Below, one piece after another: positions 63,678 to 64,000 of a stretch of DNA of 64,000 bases. Within the stretch, counting starts at the first letter, position 1; the number at the start of each line of letters is the position of its first letter. The DNA lies in NCBI RefSeq assembly GCF_009914755.1, contig NC_060948.1; one strand, 5' to 3'. Origin of the DNA: the human T2T-CHM13v2.0 reference genome, Homo sapiens. The position numbers and the translations under genes were made by a program. The notes beneath the pieces were generated by a model. That model did not search any database and had not been told where the DNA came from. It saw only the letters and a program-made list of their open reading frames with translations.

Positions 63678-64000
63678 AGATCCATATTTTTTAAATGAAA
63701 AAAAATTTCAAAGGTACTCTGCTTGGTACAATAATCAAATGTATAAACTGAGGAATAAAACATAACCATGAAACCTACTTATAACTGCATATGGAAAATA
63801 CAGAGGATAATTTTTTAAATAACATATTTTGAAAGCCTTAACTAGTAATTTGAAGAGTTGGCATTTGAAAGGCCAGTATGAATACACCTTCAAAGCAGCA
63901 ACACAGGTTCCCCATGAGAAAAAGCAAACTCAGGGAAAATAAAACCACAAAGGTTCAATCTCTTCTGACCTTTGAAAGACACAGCACAGACAGTGGTCCT

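Overview
The whole 64-kb window is one uninterrupted head-to-tail tandem array of a ~2.42-kb composite unit (about 26.5 units, one orientation, measured periods 2414-2420 bp). Each unit has three parts: a diverged minus-strand Alu missing about 12 nt at its 5' end (~292 bp), a ~570-bp mixed-composition segment matching the description of HSATI, and a ~1.55-kb extremely AT-rich degenerate (TA)n tract. This architecture, the 2420-bp modal period and a predicted ~2.15-kb HaeIII fragment match the human DYZ2/HSat1B macrosatellite, most likely from Yq12 heterochromatin. The identification rests on recognition, not a database search. There are no credible protein-coding genes; all listed ORFs are chance frames repeated with the satellite. 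I found no evidence of an undescribed gene system. The readable information lies in variants between copies: a recent 7250-bp three-unit duplication, several one-unit duplications, a haplotype shared across 41 kb, chimeric units and clustered mutations. Each Alu also keeps recognisable Pol III A/B boxes. Copies are numbered 1-27 by Alu, left to right. Variant comparisons were made by eye and are not exhaustive.
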